Positions 10,901 to 22,629 of a DNA stretch of 64,000 nt are shown here, piece after piece. The notes below the pieces were generated by a model. It was not told the origin of the DNA. It did no database searches and was given only the letters and a program-made list of their open reading frames with translations. Origin of the DNA: Macrostomum lignano (lineage: Eukaryota); contig NIVC01000038.1 in NCBI GenBank assembly GCA_002269645.1, forward strand, positions 186,001 through 250,000, written 5' to 3'. The stretch's first letter is position 1, and every line of letters starts with the position of its first letter. The position numbers were made by a program, and so were the translations under genes.

Positions 10901-13900
10901 GAGCTAAGAGAAGTTCTTTGCATCAGTATAACTCAAACAAGCCACTTACTTTTTTAGTAAGTGAGATTTGAAAAAGAAATTTGTTAAGAAATTCACTAAC
11001 ACTCATCAAAAGCCAAACATAGCCGAATGAAATCACCATCGTCATTTCAGATTCAGCTGCGACTGCTCTCGCGTCGACTTCCAAGGCGCCACCTGCAGCT
11101 CCAAGATCGATGACTGCGCGTCGAGCCCGTGCCAGCACGGCGGCAGGTGCATCGACGGTGTCAGGAGCTTCACGTGCGACTGCACAGACACGGGATTCGC
11201 AGGTGACAGGTGTCAAAACAACATTGATGACTGCGCCAGCAAGCCCTGCGCCAACGGCCTGTGCTCAGACCTGGTGAAAAACTACAGCTGCAGCTGCTTC
11301 ACAGGCTGGGAGGGCAGGAGCTGCTCAGTGGACACTGACTACTGCCTGTCAGGGCCCTGTCAGAACGGCGGCGTCTGCAGCGACGGAAACTCCACGTGAG
11401 TGGCTCAAAACTGATTGAGTTTTTTTCCTTGGGATAATCTTGCAGTTCTGAATCGTGCTACAGTTTTATCTGCATGGGTGTTTTTAGTTGAGTGCTTGGG
11501 GGTTTTGTTGGGTTTGTGTCGGATTGTAACTTTATTCTATCGTTATAGAGGATGTTGGGTGTTTGAGGATGGGTTGTGATTGAGTGCTTGGGTTGGATTG
11601 TAGTTGAGTGTTTGGGTTGGGTTGTGGTTGAGTGTTTGGGTTGGGTTGTGGTTGGGTGCTTGGGTTGGGTTGTGGTTGAGTGTTTGGGTTGGGTTGTGGT
11701 TGGGTTGTGGTTGAGTGCTTGGGTTGGGTTATAGTTGGGTTGTGGTTGGGATGGTGCTTTGATACGTTATATACGAGTGTAGTCAATGATCGACATGACA
11801 AGTTCGAGTCTCGAGTGTTTGTACTGTCGTATCACGTGACTCAGCGGGTGTACATTGAGTACATTCGCTGTTTTTTTTCGATTGACTGACAATGCTTTAT
11901 TGAGCGTGACTAGTGTGTGTGTTCTTTTAAAACCCTGTGCTTTTATGCATCAATTATTCTTACGTTCACTTATACCAAAAATATAAAAGTCGTCTAGTGA
12001 GCTCAGAGCTCAATACTTTTTTATTTCTCGCACTAACCACTATAGAGTTGTTTTAGTGGCGACGAGGATTGTGGCTGAGCAATGCCTAACCACGCAATCG
12101 GAGAATATGAGGACTCCGAGGAAACCTGGGATGAGTACCAGGAGCGTCTGGAGCAACATTTCCTGGCACAGGACATCACCGACGGAAGTAAAAAGAGGGC
12201 CACCCTGCTGAGCGTCTGCGGTAGGAAAACCTTCCAGTTGGCCAGAAGCCTCTGCTCTCCAGCCAAAGTCGCGGACAAATCCTATGCCGAAATATGCGAG
12301 CTGCTGAGCGCTCATTTCAACCCAAGGCCGAGCGAGATCATTCAGAGGTTCCAGTTCAATAACCGAGTTCAGCGCCCTGGAGAGTCGGTGGCAGAGTTCC
12401 TTGCGGAGCTGCGGAAGCTGGCGGAGTTCTGCAATTACGGCGGGAGCCTGTCTGACATGCTGCGCGACAGGCTGGTGTGCGGCATCGCGGACCAGCAAAT
12501 CCAGCGCCGGCTCCTGATGGAGGCCGAGCTGACCCTCGATACTGCCAAACAGATCGCGCAAGCGGGCGAGTCAGCAGCCAAAAACTGTCAATCGCTGGGC
12601 TCAGCAAAACCTGCGGCAGTGACATCGGCATCGTCAGCGACAGAGAGCGACTCCGTGCTTCGAATGGAACGACAGCGACCGCAAGACAGCCGTCAGTCTG
12701 GAACAGAAGGCCGGCGGCGCTGTTTCCGCTGCTTGTCGACTCGCCATCCGGCAGCCAAATGTCCCTTCGCGGACAAACGCTGTTTCAACTGCAGCAAAAC
12801 CGGGCACACCGCGAAGGCATGCAAGGCGGTGACACAGCAGCAGCAAATGCACCAGCTGGTTGACCAGCAGCCTTCAGACAGCAGCTCAGCTCAGGCCGCC
12901 GAGCCGCCCAGCCCAGCCGAGGTCGCTTATCCCTTCTACCATCTGGGTGCTGACCGATCGCAGGCCAGGTTTCCTCCAATCGTGACCTCTGTCTTCATCG
13001 AGGAGAAGCGATTCGAGATGGAGGTGGACACAGGGGCATCCGTATCGCTGATGTCCGAACGTACGTTCAAGGAAAACCTGGGAAGCCGGATGTCTCTGTC
13101 TGCGTCAACGGTTCAGCTCAGTACGTACACCAGTCAAACCGTCCGTGTTCTCGGTTAGCTCTTCGTACGCGTGCGAGCTTCGCAAGGTTCGGCCGAGGAA
13201 CAGCTGCCGCTGCTGGTTGTCGCCGGTTGTGGTCCGAGCCTCCTTGGTCGAGATTGGCTACACCGCCTGCGGCTGGACTGGCAATCTATCAAGCGGATGG
13301 AAGAAGCTGATGCAGCCAAGGAGTTGCTACAGGAGTTCTCAGAAGTCTTCCAAGGTCTGGGCGAGTTCAGCGGCAAGCCGGTGTCCATCAGTCTGAAGGA
13401 GAACGCCAGACCAAGGTTCTATAAGGCGCGGCCGGTGCCGTTTGCGCTGTGCGAGAAGGTTGAGCAGCAGCTGCAGAAGGAAATCGACCAAGGAATCCTG
13501 GTGCCGGTCAAAAACTCCGACTGGGCGTCCCCGATCGTGCCGGTAATGAAGTCCGACGGCAGCGTGCGCATCTGCGCTGATTTCAAGCAGTCGGTCAACG
13601 CAGCTATCCGGCCTGAGGCTTACCCGCTGCCGAACATCGACGAGCTATTTTCACGCTTGGCTGGCGGTAAGAAGTTCTCAAAACTGGATCTGAGCCAGGC
13701 ATTTTCGCAGCTTCCCCTGGATGAGGATGCTCAAGAGCTCTGTACCATCAACACCTCGCTGGGACTTCTTCGCTACACCCGTCTGCCTTTCGGCGTGTCG
13801 ATCGCCCCAGCGTGTTTCAGCGGGTGATGGACAGCTTACTGCGAGGAATTCCGCACTCTGCATCCTTCATCGATGATGTCATCATCACAGGCGAAGACGA

Positions 13901-16900
13901 CGCCAGTCACCTCCGCAACCTGAGAGCAGTTCTGAAGGTCTTCAAGGAGTCCGGGCTGACCTGCAAGCTTGAGAAGTGCACCTTTTTCAAGGACGAAGTC
14001 ACATACCTAGGCCACCGCATCGACGCCGAAGGGCTGCACCCGCTGGACGATAAGGTTCGAGCTGTGCTGGACGCGCCTGCACCGACTAACACGACTCAAC
14101 TGAGGAGCTTCTTGGGCCTCATTAACTACTACGGCAAGTTTTTGCCAAATCTCTCTAGTGTTCTGGCCCGCTGCACAGGCTCTTGGAGAAGAACACAAGG
14201 TGGCAGTGGGATCGCAGCGAGGCGGACGCGTTCAGCGCGGCAAAGCAGCTGCTCACGCACCCCAGCGTCCTAGACCACTATAACGCTGCAGAAGAGCTCT
14301 ACCTGGAGTGCGACGCATCGCAGTACGGGCTCGGTGCCGTCATATTCCACCGTCGGGACGGCATGGACAAGCCAATCGCGTACGCTTCGCGCAGCCTCAG
14401 CTTAGCAGAGAAAAATTACTGCCAGCTGGAGAAGGAGGCCTTGGCGCTGGTTTTCGGTGTGAAAAAATTCCATCACTATCTGTTTGGTCGGGAGTTCAAC
14501 CTGTTGACCGACCACCGGCCGCTTCTCGGCCTTCTAGGACAAGAGCGACCGCTTCCAGCCCTGGCTTCCGGCCGAGTCCAACGATGGGCGTTGCTGCTGA
14601 CCGCGTACCGGTACCGTCTTGTACACCGCACCGGGGTCTCCATGCTCCGAGCAGACGCCTTAAGCCGCCTTCCTGCATCAGCTGGCCCTAAGGAAGTTCC
14701 GGTGCCTCCAGAAGTCGTGCAAGTGATGGACTGCCTAGACGCCGGGCCGGTGACTTCATCAGACGTGCGCACCTGGTCCCGCCGCGACCCTACATTGTCA
14801 CGCGTAATTCTTTACTGTCTCTCGGCCTGGCCAGACCGGGATTCCTGGACTTCCGATTTGGTGCCCTTCGGAAAACGGCACCAGGAATTGTCAGTTCAAG
14901 ACGGCTGTGTTTTCTGGGGCAGTCGTGTCGTCATTCCTGAAGTCGGCCAAAGCCGCTTGCTCGACTGCCTGCATGTTGGACACCCTGGAGCATCCCGGAT
15001 GAAGTCGCTTGCCAGAAGTTACATATGGTGGCCGGGCATGGATCGTGACATTGAGGCCAAGGCAGCAAAATGCATGGACTGCCAGAAGCACCAGTGAGCC
15101 GGACCAGAAGCTCCGCTGCAGCCATGGTCGCTAACGGCAAGGCCTTGGTCGAGAATCCACGTAGATTTTGCCGGTCCCGTCCAAGGTCGGATGCTGCTGG
15201 TGGTGGTCGACTCCTTCTCAAAGTGGCTCGATGTGTACGTGACGACAGCGACGACGACCTTCGCAACAGTGGAAAAGCTGCGACAGAGCTTCAGCACTCA
15301 TGGCCTACCGGAGACCATCGTCTCGGACAATGGGCCCTGCTTTGCCAGCTTCGAGTTCGACGCCTTTTGTGCCAAGAACGGAATTCGGCACATCCGCACG
15401 CCACCCTACCACCCGGCTTCCAATGGCCAAGCTGAGCGAGCAGTGCAAACTGTTAAGAACTCCCTGAAGAAGCAGGCCAATGACGGCAGCTCCCTGGAGA
15501 CCCAGCTGGCCAGATTCCTGCTCAGCTACCGTACTACTCCGCATCCAACGACGGGAGGGGCACCGTGTGAGCTGCTGATGCACCGGACGCTGCGTAGCCT
15601 GCTCGACGTACCGAGGCCAGACATAGCCAAGCGAGTTCTCGAGAGCCAGGAAAAGCAGAAGCAGCAGCACGACTCGGGCGCACAAAGACGAGTCTTCGAG
15701 AAGGGCGAGGCGGTGTTCGTTCAAGACTTTAGCCGCGGGAACGAGCGAACCTGGACATCGGCTATGGTGGTCGGCAAGGAGGGCAGCAACTGGTACAAGT
15801 GCATTCTGCGGAACAACCGGATGGTGCGGCGGCACACAGAACAGATGCGAATCGACAAGATTTCCCAGCGGCCTGGGCCGCTGCAGACGAATCCGGAATT
15901 TAGTGGTGAGCTCAGGCCTCCACTACCGCAACCGTTGGTTCCGCCGCCACCGCCGCTGCAGCTGCCACCGCCACAGCCACCGTCGCCGCCGCCGCCGCCG
16001 CCAACGCCGCCGCCGCCGCCAACGCCGCCGCCAACGCCGCCGCCACCGTCGCAGCCTCGACCGCTGCAACTTCCAGATCAAGGACCAGCACAAGCTCTCA
16101 GAAGATCAAGCAGAGCTCGATCGATTCCCGTCCGCCTAAACTACGATGGGAGAGGTCGTATCGCGTGACTCAGCGGGTGTACATTGAGTACACTCGCTGT
16201 TTTATTTTATCGATTGACTGACAATGCTTCATTGAGCGTGACTAGTGTGTGTGTTCTTTTAAAACCCTTGTGCTTTTATGCATCAATTATTCTTACGTTC
16301 GCTTGTACCAAAAATATAAAAGTCGTCTAGTGAGCTCAGAGCTCAATACTTTTTGATTTCTCGCACTAACCACTATAGAGTTGTTTTATGTACCGTGCTT
16401 ATAAGAATTTTTATTTGCGTTTTTTAGTTTTCCGCCATGTTTTTGATTTTCTTTATTATTTACTTGTAAGCATCTTGAACTGACCATGCAAAATATGGTA
16501 TTGAGCCTAAATAAATGATTATCTGTTACGGGTGAAAGCATAGGGAAGCCTAATCTCCTCAGAAACTGCTGAAAGTTTTCTTAGTACTTGGAGCATATTA
16601 AGCGAAAAATTACTTGAACATGTTCCTCAAACAATTCTGATAGTCCTGCCTGAAAATTTGAGAGCAAACACATACAGGAGACACGTATTGATTTACCCAA
16701 TGCTGGTCACACCTTCCGATGGGATTCTTCTTAGTCCGATTACAAATTCAAAACAAACACATTCTGGTAAAATGTCAATAAAAAGCAGTCTTGGCTCTCG
16801 GAGCTAAGAGAAGTTCTTTGCATCAATTTAACTCAAACAAGCCACTTACTTTTTTAGTAAGTGAGATTTGAAAAAGACATTTTTTAAGAAATTCACTAAC

Positions 16901-19900
16901 ACTCATCAAAAGCCAAACATAGCCGAATGAAATCAACATCGTCATTTCAGATTCAGCTGCGACTGCTCTCGCGTCGACTTCCAAGGCGCCACCTGCAGCT
17001 CCAAGATCGATGACTGCGCGTCGAGCCCGTGCCAGCACGGTGGCAGGTGCACCGACGGTGTCAGGAGCTTCACCTGCGACTGCACAGACACGGGATTCAC
17101 AGGTGACAGGTGTCAAAACAACATTGACGACTGCGCCAGCAACCCTTGCAGCCACAACGCCACCTGCGTTGACGGGCTCAGAGACTTCAGCTGCAGCTGC
17201 TTCAGCGGCTACTCGGGAAAGAACTGCTCCGATGACGAGCAGGACTGCTCGCCGAATCCGTGCCAGTTCGGTGGCGCCTGTCTGGAGCGCAGCAACCAGG
17301 CTCTGTATGGAAACTCACCGCTGCCAGCGCCGTTCAACGGCAGCTTCAGCTACGCGCTGGCTGCCGGGTTCGTCTGCCTCTGCCCACATGGTGAGGAGGT
17401 CGTGTACATCCTATTGACTGTGTAGATTCTAATCTATAAGCATATTTATTTAACTGCAACAGGTACCTACGGAGACAACTGCTCCATCAACCCGAACGAC
17501 TGTCTGGATCCGGCCACCAACCGTAGCGTGTGCGCTCACGCGTCAAACTGCACGGACGGCCTGGCCTCATTCACCTGCCACTGCCTGCCTGGCTACGAGG
17601 GCCCGATCTGCTCAGTCGACATCAACGAGTGCGAGCGGTTCGGACAGCCGTGTCAGAACGGAGGCGTCTGCAAGGACCTGGTAGCGGATTATGCCTGCAC
17701 CGGCTGCCCCGCTGACTACGGAGGCAAAAACTGCAGCGTCAAACTGACTGGCTGCGACTCCAGCCCGTGCCACATTAATGCTACTTGCGAGCCTCTGCTT
17801 CTTCAGGAACTGCCGTCACTTGCTCACGGCTATCGCTGCACCTGCAAGCCTGGCTGGTCTGGACCGCAGTGCAACGAGACCACTCTGGCGTCATTGAACG
17901 GGACGTCCAGTTTCAGCGCCAATTTTAGTACAACAGCTGACTGCACCTTCGAGCTGTCATTTCGCACGAGTCTCGCTCACTTCGATCTGGTCCGGCTCTC
18001 GTCTCACTGGGGAGAAATCCGAGTCGGCGCTCACGAATCCAGTCTCGTGCTGTTTTTCATCAATGCCTCATCGTCTGTGATTGATCAAGCCGCTTGGCCA
18101 ATCAGTGCCAGCTTGGCTTCTACTGATTGGCTGACACTGTCGGTCTCGCTGACCAATGGCAGAGCGACATTGAGTCACAGTGAGTCAGGAGTGACTCAAT
18201 TGCCTGGAGAACAGCTAGTGGACGGACTGTCGGACTCATTCAAGCCGAACAGTCGACTGTCAGTTCGTGTCGGCGTCGAGAGCGGATCCGGGATCGACGG
18301 CAGCGGCGGCTTCCGTGGCTGCGTGAGAGACCTGCGGCTCGTGACGAACGACTCGACATTGGTCGCTACGGAGATCACGGCGGAGTCGAGCAACTCGACC
18401 TGGGGAGTCTGCAGTCGGTCGATGCAGTGCGGCAGCCCGTCGCCTTGTGAAGCAAAGACGAGCTCGATGTGCTCAGATATGTGGAACGACTTTGTGTGCC
18501 ACTGCGCTGCGGACTTCGGAGGCCTGCGCTGCTCCGTTGAGCTTCCATCGTTCTCACTGGGTGTGGGCGGCAGCGTGTCATCAGCGATGTTCGCGTCTGC
18601 AGCAGGTGTGTCAAGTGTGTATGGCGGAGACTCGTGGACGATTGAGCTGAGGCTGGTGACTTTGTCTCGAGGAGCGTTTCTGCTGCTGCTGGGCGACCCG
18701 AGTGACTCGGCGACCACTCCGAGACTGCTCACTACGGTCAGTGTCATTGTGGTACTCCTCTGTAGACGTTCAATGTGTTTTAATGTCAGTTTTTGCTTTT
18801 AAATCTTTTCAGATCGATCACTCTGGTCGTATGTCCGCCCAGTTACTGCACGGCAACGGCTCCCTCATCGCAGCGCTGACGTCCTCAGACTCGGTGGCCA
18901 CCGGCGACTTCGTCTCCGTGAAGATCTCCGTGTCGATATCGGGTCGCTCGCTGTCGCTGTCAGTGTCATCTTCAGTCAGGTCGGCATCGCTGAGCAGTGC
19001 GAGTCCGCTGCCGCAGCCGTCAGGCCAGCTCATCATCGGCGGCTTCAGCGGTCTTCGAGCAGCTCCGGCTCCGTCGCCCGATTCCACAGGCCTGGCCGCT
19101 TCTAGAACAAAGAAATCGGCAGATGTCTCGCTGTCCAGAGTTGCTTCAGCGGCAGGAAATGTCACCGCGTTTCGGGGCTCGCTGAGGTCAATCAAGGTGA
19201 ACGGTGACACTCCACTGATTCTGGTTGCTGGGAATGACAGCTTCGAGGGCCTCACAGGTGCCGTGGTAGCCAGCGAGTCGAAAGATATTGTCCCAGGAAT
19301 TTTCAACAATACCGTGTGCGAAGAGTTTCGACCTTGTAGAAATGGAGCGGCCTGCACTAACGGGCTCTACTATTCGTACCGGTGAGCTTATTGTCAATGT
19401 CTTTAGTTAAACATTTCTGCTGCAGTCCATGGCTAAATTGCTTTGATACCACCGGATGCCTCAATTTCAGGTGTGTTTGCCACCCGGGCTACTCGGGCGA
19501 GGACTGCTCCGTCGACCATCCCGACTGCAGCTCGAATCCGTGCGGCGCCGACTCGTTCTGTCTGGAGCGAAGCATTGAAGCTTTGTACAGCAATGCGTCC
19601 AGCCTGGCGCCATTTAACGGCTCCTTCAGCTACTCGAAGGCTGCGGGCTTTGAGTGCGTGCGCATAATGGCACCGACTGAGACTGCCGCCAGTAGTGAGG
19701 CTGCCGCCTGTAAGTAGTGAGGCTGCCGCCAGTAAGTAGTGAGGCTGCCGCCAGTAAGTAGTGAGGCTACCGCCAGTAAGTAGTGAGGCTGTCGCCAGTA
19801 AGTAGTGAGGCTGTCGCCAGTAAGTAGTGAGGCTGTCGCCAGTAAGTAGTGAGGCTGTCGCCAGTAAGTAGTGAGGCTGTCGCCAGTAAGTAGTGAGGCT

Positions 19901-21749
19901 GTCGCCAGTAAGTAGTGAGGCTGCCGCCAGTAAGTAGTGAGGCTGCTGCCAGTAAGTAGTGAGGCTGCCGCCAGTAAGTAGTGAGGCTGCCGCTAGTAAG
20001 TAGTGAGGCTGTCACTAGTAAGTGGTGAGGCTGTCACTAGTAAGTAGTGAGGCGGTCACTAGTAAGTGGTGAGGCTGTCACTAGTAAGTAGTGAGGCTGT
20101 CACCAGTAAGTAGTGAGGCTGCCGCCAGTAAGTAGTGAGGCTGTCGCCAGTAAGTAGTGAGGCTGTCGCCAGTAAGTAGTGAGGCTGTCGCCAGTAAGTA
20201 GTGAGGCTGCCGCCAGTAAGTAGTGAGGCTGCTGCCAGTAAGTAGTGAGGCTGCCGCCAGTAAGTAGTGAGGCTGCCGCTAGTAAGTAGTGAGGCTGTCA
20301 CTAGTAAGTAGTGAGGCTGTCACTAGTAAGTAGTGAGGCGGTCACTAGTAAGTGGTGAGGCTGTCACTAGTAAGTAGTGAGGCTGTCACCAGTAAGTAGT
20401 GAGGCTGCCGCTAGTAAGTAGTGAGGCTGTCACTAGTAAGTGGTGAGGCTGTCACTAGTAAGTAGTGAGGCGGTCACTAGTAAGTGGTGAGGCTGTCACT
20501 AGTAAGTAGTGAGGCTGTCACCAGTAAGTAGTGAGGCTGCGCTGTGTATCACAAATTCCCATCAGACAAGAAAGATTTATCAATTTCGTTGCGAAATCGG
20601 TTTTCATGTCTGAAAGGCCTAACTGCAGATTTGCTCGAGTTTTGTGTCAAAAACCGTGTCGGAACAATTGATCGTTTCGATGCCTCGATGCTCATACTTC
20701 AATAGTCTCATTCAATCGAACTCTTTACCTATTACAGATGACTTTCTTCCCACGTGGACAATTGCGGCCATTGCTGTGGCAATCTTCATATTTGGAGTTC
20801 TTCTGACAGTTTCCGTGTTCCTCCTGCTGCTCAACCGGCATCGAAACGTGAGTCTCTGCACGCCAGTCATTTTAATAAAACCCTACGAGTATATACAAAT
20901 GCCTAATTATCATCATAAATATAAATTTCAGGGCAAGCTGTCACTTGGATATTTCGAGAGACAGGTATTCCCTCTATTATCGTAAAACAGTCAAAATTAT
21001 TGTATATTTACTGATTGAATATTGTTTCTTCACCTTTGAGGCCCCCGTTCTGGAGAATGCGAAACGAAGAAGTGCAGCGAAGGTTTTGAGCGATCTGAGA
21101 GACCGTCTGAGCTCGCGCAGTGAGCACACCTACCTGGCATCTGACAGGCGTCCGGTGAGACCTCTGCTCACAGTCATGCTGATGGCCTCATCATGAAAAA
21201 TATTGTGACACTATAGCCTGATTGTATCTGCTTAAGCAAGTTCTTGGCATAAATTTGTTGAAATGTACTTTTGCTAAAAAGTGTAACGTTTAGAGTTTAA
21301 ATATTTTAACGAGCCAGATGGATGGACAGATTAGTAGATTTAGTATCTAGGTACGAGTGTAGATGAAGAAATGAATTATATTTTGTACACTAATAACTAC
21401 TAACTTCATGAATTTGCAGCAAATATCTACCGTCGAAAAGTACGAAATGGCTCCATACGATGTGATCAACGATGCGGAGACAAAGCCGGATGAAGTCTCT
21501 CCTGAGCAGGTTTGCTACTCGCAATTGATTTGTTTGCCTACCAGAAAGAGTTGCGCTGAGCAAACTGTGAGCAGCAATTCCTGCTTCAACCCGCTGTAGG
21601 AAGTCGAACCTGCGGCCGGCTCCAATCGGTTCAACAGCGAGCTGTCATCAGCCTACGATGTGATCCCGGACCTGACGGCGAGCCAGAAGCAGCAGAACCA
21701 GAGAGCTGCTCAGCAAGTCAAGAGCAATCAACCAGAGGAGTGCTGCTGA
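7941..21749 (+). CDS. Gene 2: Crumbs-like type-I receptor (SP, propeptide, 13 EGF, LamG, EGF, LamG, EGF, truncated EGF, TM, Tyr-motif tail), ~1307 aa
   Basis: Exons 7941-8037, 8105-8374, 10114-10306, 11051-11395, 16951-17390, 17463-18736, 18813-19381, 19471-19709, 20738-20847, 20932-20964, 21041-21154, 21420-21509, 21600-21749; phases join and sum to 3924 nt. Signal peptide MSSEIRLPTLILVLTLAW, Ca-binding EGF repeats, Crumbs-type CLERSNQALY...FSYALAAGFVCLC, TM WTIAAIAVAIFIFGVLLTVSVFLLLL. Confidence 0.85.
9075..9880. repeat. 21-bp intronic minisatellite ACAGATCCCATCCATCATCTC (gene 2 intron 2)
   Basis: Tandem units; homologous arrays at 34485-35035, 48935-49515 and 63505-63655. Confidence 0.95.
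11825..16388 (+). mobile_element. Full-length Ty3/Gypsy (Mag-like) LTR retrotransposon in gene 2 intron 4
   Basis: LTRs 11825-12055 and ~16154-16388 (~96% identical by eye), TSD TGTAC (11820-11824, 16389-16393), PBS TGGCGACGAGGAT 12057-12069, short PPT at 16148-16154. The empty-site sequence survives in the duplicated intron at ~10488-10492. Confidence 0.95.
12082..16168 (+). pseudogene. Gypsy gag-pol (two CCHC knuckles, protease VDTGA, RT FIDD, RNase H CDAS, integrase), disrupted
   Basis: In-frame TAG 13156-13158 and TGA 15095-15097; 1-nt frameshifts near 13811 and 14168; Pro-rich C-terminus. Confidence 0.92.
19710..20540 (+). repeat. 22-bp splice-donor minisatellite GTAAGTAGTGAGGCTGCCGCCA (gene 2, pre-TM intron)
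   Basis: About 38 units starting exactly at the exon 8 donor. Confidence 0.96.
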
Positions 21750-21945
21750 CTGCTCACTGCTGCCTGCTGAATGCTGACTGGTGACTGCTGACTGCTGACT
21801 GCTGACTGCTGACTGCTGACTGCTGACAGCTGACTGCTGACTGCTGACTGCTGACTGCTGACTGCTGACTGGTGACTGCTGACTGCTGACTGCTGACTGC
21901 TGACTACTGACTGCTGACTGCTGACTGCTGACTGCTGACTGCTGA
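21743..21945. repeat. 7-bp (TGCTGAC)n repeat at the gene 2 stop codon
   Basis: About 29 units overlapping TGC TGC TGA. Confidence 0.93.
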
Positions 21946-22629
21946 GCTGCTGAAGGTCAGCTGCCAAGTGTGGTGTTGCTGCGGCATGATTGTTTTATGA
22001 TTGCAACCAGTTAACTTTTCACCGTTCCATTTCCTGTGGCTTCATGCTTTTTTCAAATAATGCTTTTTTGATCTAACACTAACTATTACTACAGTATCTA
22101 GAAAAAATTTTGTTTAACTTCATTCCAAGCCAGTTTACGTTACTGATATTGTACATGTAGCTCGTAGTGGCCTCTTGTGGCCTCAATAGACTCTCTGCGA
22201 TCCAATTAAAATAATTTATTCGCACTGTTTATTTACCTGTTAAATCTTTCGCACAACGTTAATTTGAATTTGTAAAATTTCTTTTGTTAATTTGCGTCAT
22301 TTCATCACTGTCTTGGGGGCGCTGTTTTAGGAGCGCCATCGTTGGGCGCCAAAGTACGATCATAGTTGGTGAGGGGACTGCTAAACTTGGGAACCTGCTG
22401 CGAAAAAGGCGCAAAATCTGCAGTGAATTGGGCACCATAGCTAGATTGACTGGGGGATTCAGTCTCCAAAGCACCCGCTGGCTACGCCCCGGGTTAATCG
22501 ACAAGTTAGCCACTAAATAGTTGGTAATTGCTTTATTCTTTCAACAATAACAAATAATAATTCTTGCGGGCCCTATTGCGGCACAGTAACGCAGATTGTA
22601 GCTCTATTCCGTAATCTAGGAGTCGCGGA

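Noticed and set aside
13156-13158. Programmed gag-pol stop readthrough at TAG
   Set aside because: The stop lies inside the protease, after VDTGA, not at the gag/pol boundary; a nonsense mutation is more likely.
20932-20964. LGYFER resembling the integrin-alpha GFFKR motif
   Set aside because: Too short, with a charge reversal and different spacing from the TM; probably coincidental.
7941-21749. Assignment as Notch, a Notch ligand or a true crumbs ortholog
   Set aside because: No LNR, ankyrin or DSL domains; the tail lacks the Crumbs GTY and ERLI motifs, so no gene symbol is given.
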